Positions 38,427 through 48,864 of a DNA stretch of 64,000 bases are shown here, piece after piece (the stretch's first letter is position 1; every line of letters starts with the position of its first letter). Below the pieces are notes generated by a model. That model made no database searches. It had not been told where the DNA came from and saw nothing but the letters and a program-made list of their open reading frames with translations. The DNA is from a virus (lineage: Duplodnaviria; Caudoviricetes). Both the position numbers and the translations under genes were made by a program. The stretch lies in IMG/VR virus record IMGVR_UViG_3300021311_000001, positions 1 to 64,000 of that record. One strand, written 5' to 3'.

Positions 38427-38929
38427 AGATTTTCCGCCTTTCGATTGACTTCGTGAACCATATAGCGCATCTGCCAGCCGGAGTATCCATCGGCAAATCG
38501 CACTTCCTCAGCGCCTTGGATCTGGACGAATCCGTATCCGAAGAGCTGCCCATCCGTACGGTTGAGGATCTGGTCGATTTCATCCGCAAGAAGGTCTGCG
38601 CGCGATCCTTGCAAAAGGTCGATCTGGTCGTCGTTGCAGATAACCAGCACAACCATATCCGTCTCCTTCACGACGTTGTTGTCCGCCGCGCGGATCGAGG
38701 AGCGCATCGCGATGAAGTTCTTGTCGATCTGCTGCGTGCCGGGTACATAGAAGTGCGTCTTAATGAGATCCTTCGCGGGGCTTTTGCTGCCCGTTCGGAT
38801 ATTGTCAAACTCCAGCACGTTGTCCCCCGTGTTCATCAGAAGATTAACAACGCTCTGGTTTTGCAGCAGCGCTTTCTTCAAAGCCTGCTTTTGGTCAATG
38901 ATGCTCTTATAGTGAGCCACAGTCCGCAC
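38423..38929 (-). CDS. tail terminator-like protein (putative)
   Basis: R.DLLADEID motif; position. Confidence 0.5.
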   Translation of the reverse strand: MRTVAHYKSIIDQKQALKKALLQNQSVVNLLMNTGDNVLEFDNIRTGSKSPAKDLIKTHFYVPGTQQIDKNFIAMRSSIRAADNNVVKETDMVVLVICNDDQIDLLQGSRADLLADEIDQILNRTDGQLFGYGFVQIQGAEEVRFADGYSGWQMRYMVHEVNRKAENL

Positions 38930-38933
38930 CTCC

Positions 38934-39992
38934 TTACCACTCGACCACGCGGATCGTCAGCTCCGCCGTCGAGCCAAGCGTATCGCTCACGGCGCGCACG
39001 GTGATGACCGCGCCGACAAAGCGCTCGTCCGTCGCGGCGCGCAGCGTCACCACATCGCCGCCGCTGTGAACGACCTCCGCCGCGCCGTCCGCCAAATCGT
39101 ACTCCATGCGGTAGTCAAATCCCGTTACCTCCGCGCCGTCCGCGTCCACGCAGCCGACCGCGATGCTCTTCTCCTCGCCGAGCGTCAAGCGGAAGTCTCC
39201 GTCGAGGTCTTTGAGCGTCAGCGTGTAACCGCTGCTGCCGGTCTCCTCATTCTCCTGTCCGTCCTTCGGCTGGTAGAAGTCCGCGATCATCTCCTCGCGG
39301 CTGTCCGTGACCTCGTTGAACTGCGACTGCAGCACCATCCACTGCAAAAGCCCGTCATCAAACTGTTCCACGCCCACGGCGTAAGAGGTGGAGTCCACCC
39401 TTGTCACGCTGTAGACGCTCGGATTGTCACGGTTCTTGTCCATGATGAAACGGAACCCGTTGTCAATCGGGATCGTTTCGCGGTTATACGGGATATAAAC
39501 GAGGATCTTGTCATCCCCGATAGACATGTTGGTTTTGTTCGCCTCGCCGTCGCCGTACTGCGTCGCGTTCTCGCTGCGGATCGGGTATTCCACGATCTCG
39601 CCGGTCAGCGGAGACAAAAAGCGAAGCGTGTGGTTGCATTTCCAAAGCACGGCTTTTTCGTACACACGGTTGTTGTCCGGCACGCCGCTGACCAACCACA
39701 GCGATCCGTCGTAGCGGACATACTGCCCGCAATGCAGCGTTCCGATGCGGCAAAGGATCTGCCGCACGGTCGAGCTGGTGTAGGTGTCGCTCGTCTTCTG
39801 CTGCACGATCGCGCGCACGCGCTGCGGCGTGGCGGTGATCTTCTTGTCGTAGATCAGTACATCCGCACCGATTGCGGAGGCAAGCAGCTCATCAAAGCCG
39901 TCCTGCCCGTACGCCCAGAACTCGTCGTTTTCAAAGCCGCTGTTGAAAAGCGGTCTCGTCATCCGATACCACTTCTTCGATTCATCCGACAT
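38934..39992 (-). CDS. head closure / neck protein (putative)
   Basis: GQYV..WLV...CN pattern; Ig-like C-terminus; position. Confidence 0.5.
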   Translation of the reverse strand: MSDESKKWYRMTRPLFNSGFENDEFWAYGQDGFDELLASAIGADVLIYDKKITATPQRVRAIVQQKTSDTYTSSTVRQILCRIGTLHCGQYVRYDGSLWLVSGVPDNNRVYEKAVLWKCNHTLRFLSPLTGEIVEYPIRSENATQYGDGEANKTNMSIGDDKILVYIPYNRETIPIDNGFRFIMDKNRDNPSVYSVTRVDSTSYAVGVEQFDDGLLQWMVLQSQFNEVTDSREEMIADFYQPKDGQENEETGSSGYTLTLKDLDGDFRLTLGEEKSIAVGCVDADGAEVTGFDYRMEYDLADGAAEVVHSGGDVVTLRAATDERFVGAVITVRAVSDTLGSTAELTIRVVEW

Positions 39993-40005
39993 ACTTCCCA
40001 CCTCC

Positions 40006-40398
40006 TCAGTTGTAGGCGGGATCTTTCTGTCGGTGCAGCAGGCTCTCCACACGGGCGAGCTGGTCGTCAAGCTCCTGCTTCGTCACGCGCTTCGTCGCGT
40101 CCTGTCCGGTGAGCTGCACGTCCTTGCCGTAGATACCGTTGAGCGCCATCACGCGGGAAAGCTCGCGCTGGAGATATTGGACATACATCATCTGCGCAAG
40201 CGTGCGCTGCACGGTCATGTCAAGGTCGCCCGAAAACTCGCTCGTCTCTGCGCTGTATCCAAGCGGCGCGTCGATGTTCAGCTCATAGTCCGCGACGGCG
40301 ACCGCCAGCCATGCTTTTTCCAAGCCCTCCGGAATATCGAACTTCGTCAAAGGCATGGAATGGAAGATGGTCTCGATGTCCGAAAACGTAGTCGCCAT
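40006..40398 (-). CDS. head-tail adaptor (putative)
   Basis: MATTFSDI...; position after the capsid genes. Confidence 0.5.
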   Translation of the reverse strand: MATTFSDIETIFHSMPLTKFDIPEGLEKAWLAVAVADYELNIDAPLGYSAETSEFSGDLDMTVQRTLAQMMYVQYLQRELSRVMALNGIYGKDVQLTGQDATKRVTKQELDDQLARVESLLHRQKDPAYN

Positions 40399-40419
40399 AA
40401 CCACGCCTCCTTTCGATTA

Positions 40420-40887
40420 TCAGAAATCGCGCTGATCCGCGAGCACACGCAGCGCGTCGACCTTCCAGGTCTCCGCGTCCTCAGCGCCGACCTTGAACGC
40501 GATATCCACGAGCATACGCTTCTCCGCGTCGGTGCTCACCAGCTCGCGAAGACGCTCGTTGAACTTCGCCTTGCTCTTGATCGCGAGCAGCGCCTTGACA
40601 GCCTCCTCATCCAGGACGATCGGCTCGCCAGTCTGCTGCTCGTCGAGGCCGAACACATCGCGGCGCGCGGCGTCATCCACGATACGAATACGCGCGTGAT
40701 CGCCAAGCCCATCCTCGCCGGTGAACATCTTGTTGCCGAGCTGGATCTGCGCCTGCACCTCATCGCGGGAGAGCAGCGGATAACCCTTCGCGTTCGCGGG
40801 GATCATCACGTCGCCCTGTCCGGTCGCGCGGTGGAAGTACAAAGGCCATGAGCACAGATTGTCTACCAGAACATTGTTTGTCGCCAT
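40420..40887 (-). CDS. hypothetical head-module protein
   Basis: Operon context. Confidence 0.6.
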   Translation of the reverse strand: MATNNVLVDNLCSWPLYFHRATGQGDVMIPANAKGYPLLSRDEVQAQIQLGNKMFTGEDGLGDHARIRIVDDAARRDVFGLDEQQTGEPIVLDEEAVKALLAIKSKAKFNERLRELVSTDAEKRMLVDIAFKVGAEDAETWKVDALRVLADQRDF

Positions 40888-41011
40888 GATCGTAAATTCC
40901 TTTCATAACCCACTATGGGGCGTATTTGGGTATCGCAAAAACAAGGAGAGGCCGTAAAGCCTCTCCCTGTAATTATCCGCCCGCAGACGGCTCAGATTTC
41001 AAATGAAATTC

Positions 41012-42121
41012 TTAGCCGACGTTGGGACGCTCGTAGTTCGTGTCGGAGATGAGACCGATCTGGTCTTCCATGCCCTCCGCGATACCAGCGCCGAACTCCA
41101 TGTCGAAGCGCGTCATGTGCTGGCGCGTCACGATGTCGTCGCCGGTCATGCTGGTCATGCCGCCGCGCAGGAAGCACTGCAGCGGAGAAACGCTGCCCTG
41201 CGGCAGGAAGAACAGGAGTCCCTGCGGCATGTAGAGGTCGTAGTCGGTGCCGGCAGCGTTGAGCTTCGTCCAGTTGATCGCGTTGGGAAGCTCGGTGACA
41301 TACGCGCCGTTGTAGAAGCTGATGAGGCCGGTCTTGCGGATCTCATCCGCAACAACGTCAGCGCCGAACGGAATGGTATTCGCGCCAACGGTCAGGTAGC
41401 CGGCAAAGTCGTTGAACTGGCTCACGACGCTGTAGTCGCCGGCGATGTTGACCTTGCCGTAACGACGCATGGACTTGAGCATGTTGTCAACGCCGGTCTT
41501 GGTGATACCGGTGGACTCGGCAAAGTGCTTGACGCCGCTGGCGTTCTTGAGACCGTTGTAGAGAACGGTCATCACGAAGTAGACGGCCTTGTTCTGCATG
41601 TCGATCTTGACCTGATTGACGCCCTCGGCAAGGTTGCCGTCGAAGTTGCCGCTCTGCAGCTCACGGTAGTCGATGCTGATGCCGCCGCTGATCGTCTGAG
41701 TGGCGATCGGATACTCGCGCCAGTTGACGGCAGCGAACGGCACGTCGGAGCTGCCCGCCTGGAAGCGGCTGTCGACGCTCTCGTACTTGTAGGTCTTCAT
41801 CATCGCCTGCTCGTTGTAGCCGATGCGCTTGAAGGAACCCATAAAGTTGAAGAGCTTGATCGCCTGCATCAGCTTCGGCTCGATGGAGAAACGGATGATC
41901 GCGTTGATCTCACTCTGGGCGACGGGATCGCCGTTCAGAGCCTTCTCAGCAAGCGAGCTGATCTCGGCGACGGACTTGTCCAGAACCTTGTCGCTGACGT
42001 TGGGGCGATTGCCCTGCACCAGCGCGGAGAAAACCTCCACGATGGGAGACTTTTCGGTGACGCGCGCCGGAGCGTTGTCAGGACGGGCGTTCGCCATATT
42101 GATTTCATAGATAGTGCTCAT
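41012..42121 (-). CDS. major capsid protein
   Basis: 369 aa, strong codon bias, followed by a hairpin at about 40944-40968; position after scaffold and decoration genes. Confidence 0.75.
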   Translation of the reverse strand: MSTIYEINMANARPDNAPARVTEKSPIVEVFSALVQGNRPNVSDKVLDKSVAEISSLAEKALNGDPVAQSEINAIIRFSIEPKLMQAIKLFNFMGSFKRIGYNEQAMMKTYKYESVDSRFQAGSSDVPFAAVNWREYPIATQTISGGISIDYRELQSGNFDGNLAEGVNQVKIDMQNKAVYFVMTVLYNGLKNASGVKHFAESTGITKTGVDNMLKSMRRYGKVNIAGDYSVVSQFNDFAGYLTVGANTIPFGADVVADEIRKTGLISFYNGAYVTELPNAINWTKLNAAGTDYDLYMPQGLLFFLPQGSVSPLQCFLRGGMTSMTGDDIVTRQHMTRFDMEFGAGIAEGMEDQIGLISDTNYERPNVG

Positions 42122-42144
42122 TGTATAGCCCTCCTTTTCTTTTC

Positions 42145-42606
42145 TTACTGCACGCGGATCACGGCAAGCACGCCGTTACCCATGTAGGCGGTCTTCTCGA
42201 TGACCTCGAAATAGACCTTGTAGCCGTCAACGTCGGCGGTCTTCTCCAAAAGACCTCCGATGCCGAACACGAGCTTGTCGTTCACTGCGACGGAAGCGTA
42301 CGCGGTGCTGATCTCGCTCGCGGCGAACTCGATTTCGAGATTGCCAACCGTGGTGAGGTCGTCCGCGCGGACATACTCACCGGTCTTGACCTCGACGGTC
42401 TGGGAGAAGTTGTGCATCTCCGGCTTGTCGTTGATGTTGGTCACGATGCGATAGGCGGCCTTCGCCTCATCCGCAGTGGTCGGCAGCTTTGCGGTCTTGT
42501 TCACCTGATTGAGAATGACGCCCATACCGACCTTCATGTCGACGGCAGCCTTGCAGTTGCCGACGTTCTGCACGTTCTTGAACGCGCCAATAGTCTTGTA
42601 CTTCAT
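42145..42606 (-). CDS. capsid decoration / minor head protein
   Basis: 153 aa between scaffold and capsid genes. Confidence 0.55.
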   Translation of the reverse strand: MKYKTIGAFKNVQNVGNCKAAVDMKVGMGVILNQVNKTAKLPTTADEAKAAYRIVTNINDKPEMHNFSQTVEVKTGEYVRADDLTTVGNLEIEFAASEISTAYASVAVNDKLVFGIGGLLEKTADVDGYKVYFEVIEKTAYMGNGVLAVIRVQ

Positions 42607-42628
42607 GTTGGTATTCCTCCTTCAAAAA

Positions 42629-43831
42629 TTAGTACACGCTGACGTCATCGTCAGGCTGGTCTTCGCTCTTGGGAGCGGTTTCTGCGATTGCGAACACGTC
42701 GATCTCGCTCGCGGCGTTCTGCTCGCTCGTCTTGGCAACCTGCGCCGCACGCACGATCTCCGTGCAGATCTTGCCGACGATCGCGTTGATCTCAACGCTG
42801 CCGGGATTCTCGTTAAAGGCGTTGATCTCCGCCTCCGCGACCTTGCGCTGCTCCTCGGTGTAGGGCGCGAGCGCCGCGTTCAGCTCAGCCTTGAGCTGTT
42901 CGTTCGCAAGCTCGGTGTTCTTGGCCTCCATCTCTGCGATTTTGGCGTTCAACTCCTCGACCTTGGCGTTCGCCTCGGTAAGACCGGCCTCCTTCGCGTC
43001 GAAGTCCGCGCGAAGCTGAGCCTTTTCCTCCTCGACGTGCGCGATCTGGGCTTCCTTATCCTTGATCTCCGCCTCAAGCTCCGCGATCTTCGCGTCCTTG
43101 GCGGAAAGCTGCGCCCAGTATTCGTCCCAGCGGTTGTTGGCTTCCACCATAGCGTTCGAGACGGCCGCCTTCGTCTTGTTCAACATTTCCTCAAAATCCA
43201 TGCTGTCATCCTCCTTCGCATTTTTCTTATTATTTAACTCCATCACGATCGCCGTCTCATCTGCCGGCTTGATGCCGAGGATCGCGTAACCGCTGTAATC
43301 GTAGATCTGCGGCACGCGCCCCTGCTCCTTCCAACCGCCGGAGTAAATAATCTGACCTTCGTTTTCCGGCTTGCCGGCGATCTCCACGCTGCCCTTGACG
43401 GTTCCGTCCGCCATGTGCTGCGTCAGCCAGTCCACGAACTTCGGATAGCGCATCTCGTCCAGCCACCCTTCCGCGATCAGAACGCGATGGGTTTGCCCGT
43501 CGATCTGCACATCGTCCACATACGCCTTATCGAAAAACCCGACCATCGTGGCGTCCTCGAAAAGTGGCATATTGTTGCGCGCGCCGGTCATACCGTGACC
43601 GTACGGAACGTCGCGATCTCCCGTCAAAAACTCAACGGTAAGCGACATGCCCTTAACGGACTCGATGTTGTTGCGCACATACTCCTCATTCCACGAGATG
43701 CCGTTTTCCTGCCAGCTCTGATCGTTGGGAAAGATCTCGTGCAGCACGACCTTGATGTGCCGTCTGCCCGCGACCGTCGATTTGCTGGCAATCTCGAAAA
43801 TGGGAAACTTCATTTTGGATCTCTCAAACAT
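42629..43831 (-). CDS. prohead protease-scaffold
   Basis: NGI, GHG, SVEI, ILG..PAD protease-like N-terminus plus coiled-coil C-terminus. Confidence 0.7.
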   Translation of the reverse strand: MFERSKMKFPIFEIASKSTVAGRRHIKVVLHEIFPNDQSWQENGISWNEEYVRNNIESVKGMSLTVEFLTGDRDVPYGHGMTGARNNMPLFEDATMVGFFDKAYVDDVQIDGQTHRVLIAEGWLDEMRYPKFVDWLTQHMADGTVKGSVEIAGKPENEGQIIYSGGWKEQGRVPQIYDYSGYAILGIKPADETAIVMELNNKKNAKEDDSMDFEEMLNKTKAAVSNAMVEANNRWDEYWAQLSAKDAKIAELEAEIKDKEAQIAHVEEEKAQLRADFDAKEAGLTEANAKVEELNAKIAEMEAKNTELANEQLKAELNAALAPYTEEQRKVAEAEINAFNENPGSVEINAIVGKICTEIVRAAQVAKTSEQNAASEIDVFAIAETAPKSEDQPDDDVSVY

Positions 43832-43847
43832 CCTGCCTCACCTCCCC

Positions 43848-45509
43848 TCAAGTGCCTGGGGACGGCAGAGCGTTCCCGTCGTTCTCCGTCGTGCTCTCCG
43901 TGCTGGGATTCTGCTCGGCTCCGGCGTGGCTCTTGTCCACATCGTCGTCGGGCGCATCCTTGCCCGTCATGGTGAACGATGTCTTATGCACGGGATAGAC
44001 ATTCTCAAAGTCCTCATCAAGCTCATAGTCCATCAGCGTCAGATAGTCGTCCGCGTTCACGCCGCTTGCGGCGATCCACGCGATCAGGCTGCCCTTGCCG
44101 CGCGCATAGAGGTCGGAGAGGATCTTCACGAGCTTTTCGCGGTTTGCGAACGTGATCGGCAGCACGCGGAACTCCACACGGTAATCCGCATCCTTCATTG
44201 CGCCGTAGCCAAGGCACTTGTTCAGCTCCTCAACGACCGCCTCGATCCATGTGAACACCTTGTTTGCGATGATCTCCAGATTGAGCGACGCCGTAGCGTA
44301 GTTGCCCGTTGAGCTGCCGCCGAGCGCGGCGGCGGAGAAGCCGATGCCGTCGTTGACCTTATCCTTGATGCCGTTGTCGTTCTCCTCGTCGAGAATGTCG
44401 ACGTCGACCGGAAGCCGTTCCATCTTCGTGCCGGCCGCAAGGGAAAAGAAGCTCACGCCGTTTTCGCTGCGCGTGGTAAGCGCGCCCTTTACGGTGTCGT
44501 GCTGCTTCTTTTGCTGCTTGTCGGTCAGCGCGGATGTACCCTTGTCCTTGCCCTCCGGAAAGGTCTCGTAGTAGATTTGGTTGTTCACCGTATCGAGCAC
44601 ATGGCGCTTGGTCTTGGTGAAGTAGTTGGCATAGTCGATGTCATCGAGCGCGGCGACCGCAAACGGTACGCCGAAGGGATCGTTGACGCCGCTTTTGATC
44701 TTGACCACGATCGTCTTGCGCCAGTCGAGTCGCAGCCAGCACTCGCCGTTCTTGAAATCTCCCTTGTGATACTTTCCCCATCCGTCCTGGATCTGCTTAG
44801 GGAAGCTCGCGAGCTTTCGCTTCTGCTCATCCTCACTCATGCCGTCGAAATACCGCAGGTCAAACGCCGCCTCATAGCAGTTGTTGCGCCGCCCGATGAT
44901 GCGCACATAATCCACCGGCAGCGTAAAAACCATCGTGTTTACACCGCTCTCGTTAATCTCCGAAATGCTCCGGATGTCTTCATCGGTCAGCGCCATGCGC
45001 CGATCCACGCTCACACGGCGCGTTTCCATATACCCGACGTACATGCCCTCGTTCGCCGCGTGATGAATGGCGTTGCGGATGACCTCCTTATACCGGATCG
45101 AGCGCAGCACGGCGTTCATCCGATCGCGCTGATCCCTGCTCGCGCCGCGCGCGACGTCCGCGCGCTTGGGTTTCGTCACCACGATGTAGTCCAGCGAGTG
45201 CAGCGTTTCCAGGCTGTCGATGGCGTTCGTTACCGTGCCGTTTGCGTAATACGCCCACTTCGCCCACCGGCGCAGCTCACGAATATACGTCATGGGATTG
45301 CGCGCCATGCGCTGCACAGCCTCCGGCGAATACGGCGCGCCGACACATTCCGAATGGTCGACGTTGATGTTTACCCACGCGCCAAACGAATTGACCTCGC
45401 CGCCCTGCACGCTCTCCGGCGCGCTTGCCGCGCTCTGCTCGGTCTGCGGCGCGGCGCTTCTGCTGCCGCCCCTCGGCTCAAAAAGCCGAAACCTCGATTT
45501 TTCTGCCAT
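43848..45509 (-). CDS. portal protein
   Basis: 553 aa directly downstream of the terminase; YPVHKTSFT C-terminus. Confidence 0.75.
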   Translation of the reverse strand: MAEKSRFRLFEPRGGSRSAAPQTEQSAASAPESVQGGEVNSFGAWVNINVDHSECVGAPYSPEAVQRMARNPMTYIRELRRWAKWAYYANGTVTNAIDSLETLHSLDYIVVTKPKRADVARGASRDQRDRMNAVLRSIRYKEVIRNAIHHAANEGMYVGYMETRRVSVDRRMALTDEDIRSISEINESGVNTMVFTLPVDYVRIIGRRNNCYEAAFDLRYFDGMSEDEQKRKLASFPKQIQDGWGKYHKGDFKNGECWLRLDWRKTIVVKIKSGVNDPFGVPFAVAALDDIDYANYFTKTKRHVLDTVNNQIYYETFPEGKDKGTSALTDKQQKKQHDTVKGALTTRSENGVSFFSLAAGTKMERLPVDVDILDEENDNGIKDKVNDGIGFSAAALGGSSTGNYATASLNLEIIANKVFTWIEAVVEELNKCLGYGAMKDADYRVEFRVLPITFANREKLVKILSDLYARGKGSLIAWIAASGVNADDYLTLMDYELDEDFENVYPVHKTSFTMTGKDAPDDDVDKSHAGAEQNPSTESTTENDGNALPSPGT

Positions 45510-45529
45510 GCTGCTCTCACCTCCTTTTT

Positions 45530-47347
45530 TCAGTTAAATAATGGCGTGTACTCGTATTCGGTGCTGTCGGAGAAAAGGTCTTTTTCCAACAGTTCGATAA
45601 AGTAGTTGCCGTAAGAAACCGACGTGTAGCGGTCTTTCCGCTCCGTCGCCCTCTCTGCGATCTTGATAAGCTGCGTCTGATCCATCACCGTGTACTCCAG
45701 TGCGATCATCTCGTTTACCAGCGCCACGGTCTCCAAATACGGACGCTCATAGAAGATCTGCAAATCAACATCCGCCTCGGCATACTCCGGCACGCGGCGG
45801 GCAAGCTCCTCAACGCCCTCCTGATGGTTCACCATCAGGTCGATCATGCGGTCGGTCAGCGTCTTTTTCATACACACCGCGATCGCGCTGTTCATCTCAA
45901 GGCTCGCCTTGATCGAGAAAACAACTTCCTTTTGTCCTGCGATGACCACGCGGCCTTTGAGCTTTTCGTCGTTCATGCACGTCCACGGCTCGTACTCCAC
46001 GTTGCGTTCCTCGTCATAGAGCACCTTGGCAAGGCTGTCGTAAATCGAAACACCCGCGTTTCGCGTATCGAGCACGCAATAATCCGCGTCAAAGTCAGCG
46101 AAAAGCTGCTTGATGCGGATTGCCTGCTTCGTCGTTTCAAATTCACTCTGCGCCTCGATGTAGACCACCTGACGCCGATAACCCTGCTTGACCTCGATGT
46201 GCTCGCCGCCCGTGTCGGTCGACTTGTATTCCTTGCTCTCCGGCAGCGCGCGGATGCACGAATAGATCGAGTTATCATTCCCGTTGCCGCCCTCAGAGGC
46301 AATATCGCACGCGATGATGCGGATTTCGCCCTTCTGCTTGGGAATGGCATACTTGTTCTTCGTGTGCGACAAGACATCCTCGTTGCGGCGCGGATAGAAA
46401 GCGCGCTTGATGACGCGGTTTTTGTTCAACAACTCGTAGGTGAAGTAAGCGTGCGCGTTCTCGGAAACCATCTGATTTTCGTACTCGATCGCCCACGCAA
46501 CGCGGTCGAGCTTCTTGCGCTCCTTGATGAGGTAATTGCGCGTCTTGATCTTGTGCCGCAGCGCGATGGAATAATCCATCGCGATAAGCATGGAGGTCTT
46601 GTTCGTCAGCATGTCCTTGGTAAAGAGCTTGATGATGCTGTTCCACATCCAATGGCTCTTGTACCACGCGGAGCTGATGTAGACCTCCTTCGGCTCCTCG
46701 TTCAGATCCTCATACTCCTCTTTGTCCATAAACGGCGCGTGCCGCACCACAAGAAACGGCGAGAGTACCGTATCCACGATCTTTTTGAGGATCATGCGGA
46801 ACTCTTCGTAGATGATAAAAGTCGCGCGGTGTCCGCGCGCCGTTTCGATCGCCGGCACGACCACGATGGAGCTGCCGTTTTTGAAGATGACCTCCGTTTG
46901 GTTCTGGCTATCGCGGAACGTCTCGATCTCCTCGGAAAGCAGCGGCGCGCGCGGCAAGATGATCGTTTTGATCTTCTCGCTCACGATGAGCTTTGCCTGC
47001 CCCTTGGTCGCTGACGCGATCACGATTTGCGATCCGGGATACAAAATCGACATCACGCACGCGCCGACCGCGATGATAAAGCTCTTTGCGTCGCTTCGCG
47101 CCGCGACGACGCAAAGGCTCGGAAACCAGAACATGAACAAAAGAATAATGTGCTGGTACAAATGGAGCTTCATGTTGAAATACTGCTCGGCAAACCGCCC
47201 AGGGTTGCGCCGCCAGAACGTCATCCAATCCAACAGCCGCTTGACGTGCTCCGGATCGCTGAGGTAGTCCTTCGCCGAAAATTTCTCGTGTAAATAAAGC
47301 TGATTGTCGTCCATCAGCTCTTCGTAATTCATTTCCATGCCGATCAC
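45530..47347 (-). CDS. terminase large subunit
   Basis: AARSDAKS (deviant Walker A), ARGHRA, IYEE, CDIA, KDRYTS. Confidence 0.88.
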   Translation of the reverse strand: MIGMEMNYEELMDDNQLYLHEKFSAKDYLSDPEHVKRLLDWMTFWRRNPGRFAEQYFNMKLHLYQHIILLFMFWFPSLCVVAARSDAKSFIIAVGACVMSILYPGSQIVIASATKGQAKLIVSEKIKTIILPRAPLLSEEIETFRDSQNQTEVIFKNGSSIVVVPAIETARGHRATFIIYEEFRMILKKIVDTVLSPFLVVRHAPFMDKEEYEDLNEEPKEVYISSAWYKSHWMWNSIIKLFTKDMLTNKTSMLIAMDYSIALRHKIKTRNYLIKERKKLDRVAWAIEYENQMVSENAHAYFTYELLNKNRVIKRAFYPRRNEDVLSHTKNKYAIPKQKGEIRIIACDIASEGGNGNDNSIYSCIRALPESKEYKSTDTGGEHIEVKQGYRRQVVYIEAQSEFETTKQAIRIKQLFADFDADYCVLDTRNAGVSIYDSLAKVLYDEERNVEYEPWTCMNDEKLKGRVVIAGQKEVVFSIKASLEMNSAIAVCMKKTLTDRMIDLMVNHQEGVEELARRVPEYAEADVDLQIFYERPYLETVALVNEMIALEYTVMDQTQLIKIAERATERKDRYTSVSYGNYFIELLEKDLFSDSTEYEYTPLFN

Positions 47348-48309
47348 TCCTCCGCGCCGGACAGGTTGAACTCCTTGTCCATCTCCTTAGAGCCGGTCAG
47401 CAGATTGCGCAGCGGGCGCGCCATAAAGCGCTCAATGTACTCGCCGAGCTGGTCGTAATCGGAGTAGAGCTTCTTGTCCTTGAAGAACTCGGCCGGCGTA
47501 AACTGCTCGATGTCGCGGTACAATAGTCCGATCGGCTTTAGCTCAACCGCTTCCGCAGCGGCTTTCTTACGGTCTTCGATCTCCGTCGTCGCCGCTTCAA
47601 TGAAGCTCTTGTACGAATTGGCAACCGTTCCGATATTGCCGCTGCCATTCTGCGTGCTCTTTTGCAGGTTGAGCCGCAGATAGCACATCGTCACATAAAG
47701 CTCCTCCTGCCGCTTGTCGATGGGCTTTCCCTCTTTCTCCACCCAACTGTCGTACTCGGCCTGCATCGCGTCATAGTCGCTGTCGGAAAAGCCAAGTCCG
47801 AAGCGACGCGCCGTGTCAATGTCGACGCCGTTCTTCTCCGCCTGCTCAAGGCTTTCCGCGTTCTGCGCTTCGCTTTCCCATCGCTTGACCAGCGTATCCG
47901 CGTATGTCGAGCCGACCGCGCTCTGGTTGAGGTTGAGCTTGGCGACATAGGCGCTCATGCGGTTGCGATCCGCGCTGATCTTTCGGCTTGCCGCCCATGC
48001 CGTCTCGTCGACGTACATGTCCGTGATTTGACAGATGCGCTCCATCGCCGCGTCTTCGTCCTTATCGAAGAAGTCGATGTACTGGTCAAAGAGCTGCCCG
48101 ATGCAGCGCTTGCAAATGGTCATATAACCGTTATTCCCTTTGTAGATCGGGGATTTGGAAACATTGAAATTCCCTTCCTGCTTGGCGTACTTGTGTCCGC
48201 AGCAGGAGCAACGGTACGACTCATCCGACACGACGCGAGGCTCAATGTCGCTCGGCTTCGCGTTCTTATTGACCTTGGGAACCGTCTTTTTAAGCTGCTT
48301 CTTTGCCAT
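47344..48309 (-). CDS. putative terminase small subunit
   Basis: CSCC...CKRC zinc finger; directly upstream of the large subunit. Confidence 0.55.
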   Translation of the reverse strand: MAKKQLKKTVPKVNKNAKPSDIEPRVVSDESYRCSCCGHKYAKQEGNFNVSKSPIYKGNNGYMTICKRCIGQLFDQYIDFFDKDEDAAMERICQITDMYVDETAWAASRKISADRNRMSAYVAKLNLNQSAVGSTYADTLVKRWESEAQNAESLEQAEKNGVDIDTARRFGLGFSDSDYDAMQAEYDSWVEKEGKPIDKRQEELYVTMCYLRLNLQKSTQNGSGNIGTVANSYKSFIEAATTEIEDRKKAAAEAVELKPIGLLYRDIEQFTPAEFFKDKKLYSDYDQLGEYIERFMARPLRNLLTGSKEMDKEFNLSGAEE

Positions 48310-48444
48310 AGCGACACCTCCTTTCGCAGCCTGAAAAACATAAAAAGAAAGAGCAGAGGGGAGTCGTCTCTGCTCTTCGTATATCGCCGCCGCGTCCGCT
48401 GACCGCGACGGTTCCGCCGTTTCTACTCATGGCAGATCGGCAAA

Positions 48445-48519
48445 TGGTTGCGGGTGCTGGATTTGAACCAGCGTCTTCGCCGTATGGGGGCGACAAGGCA
48501 TCCGCTCCTCCAACCCGCA
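48445..48519 (-). tRNA. tRNA with CAT anticodon, initiator-like but atypical
   Basis: 75-nt cloverleaf TGCGGGT...TCGCC-CCCATAC-GGCGA...GGTTCAAATCC...ACCCGCAACCA. Confidence 0.85.
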
Positions 48520-48522
48520 GTA

Positions 48523-48756
48523 TTAAGACTTGTCAGCGTCCGCCACAGGATACAATTCCTGTGGCGTCATCGCGCTCGTCAGCTTGATATACCCGTTCGG
48601 GACGATGCGCCAGAGCGTAAAACGCCCTTTTTCAACGCAATGGCTCACGCAATACTCCCTGCCGGACTTTGTGATGTAGTGGACGCCATGCCCGTTTTCA
48701 CTCGTCGGCAGCTTACGCGCCGCCTTTTCCTCGGTTGTTGCCTTTCTGCTTGCCAT
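48523..48756 (-). CDS. hypothetical protein
   Basis: GGAGG RBS; 77 aa. Confidence 0.55.
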   Translation of the reverse strand: MASRKATTEEKAARKLPTSENGHGVHYITKSGREYCVSHCVEKGRFTLWRIVPNGYIKLTSAMTPQELYPVADADKS

Positions 48757-48864
48757 AGAAAATTGTCCTCCAGTTCGGGTATAGAATAATCAGTGCCTTT
48801 CTCATGCGTCCAAAAACGTCGAGCTTTCACCGCCAGTCCGCAGACCTCGGAGGGCTTGAGATTT

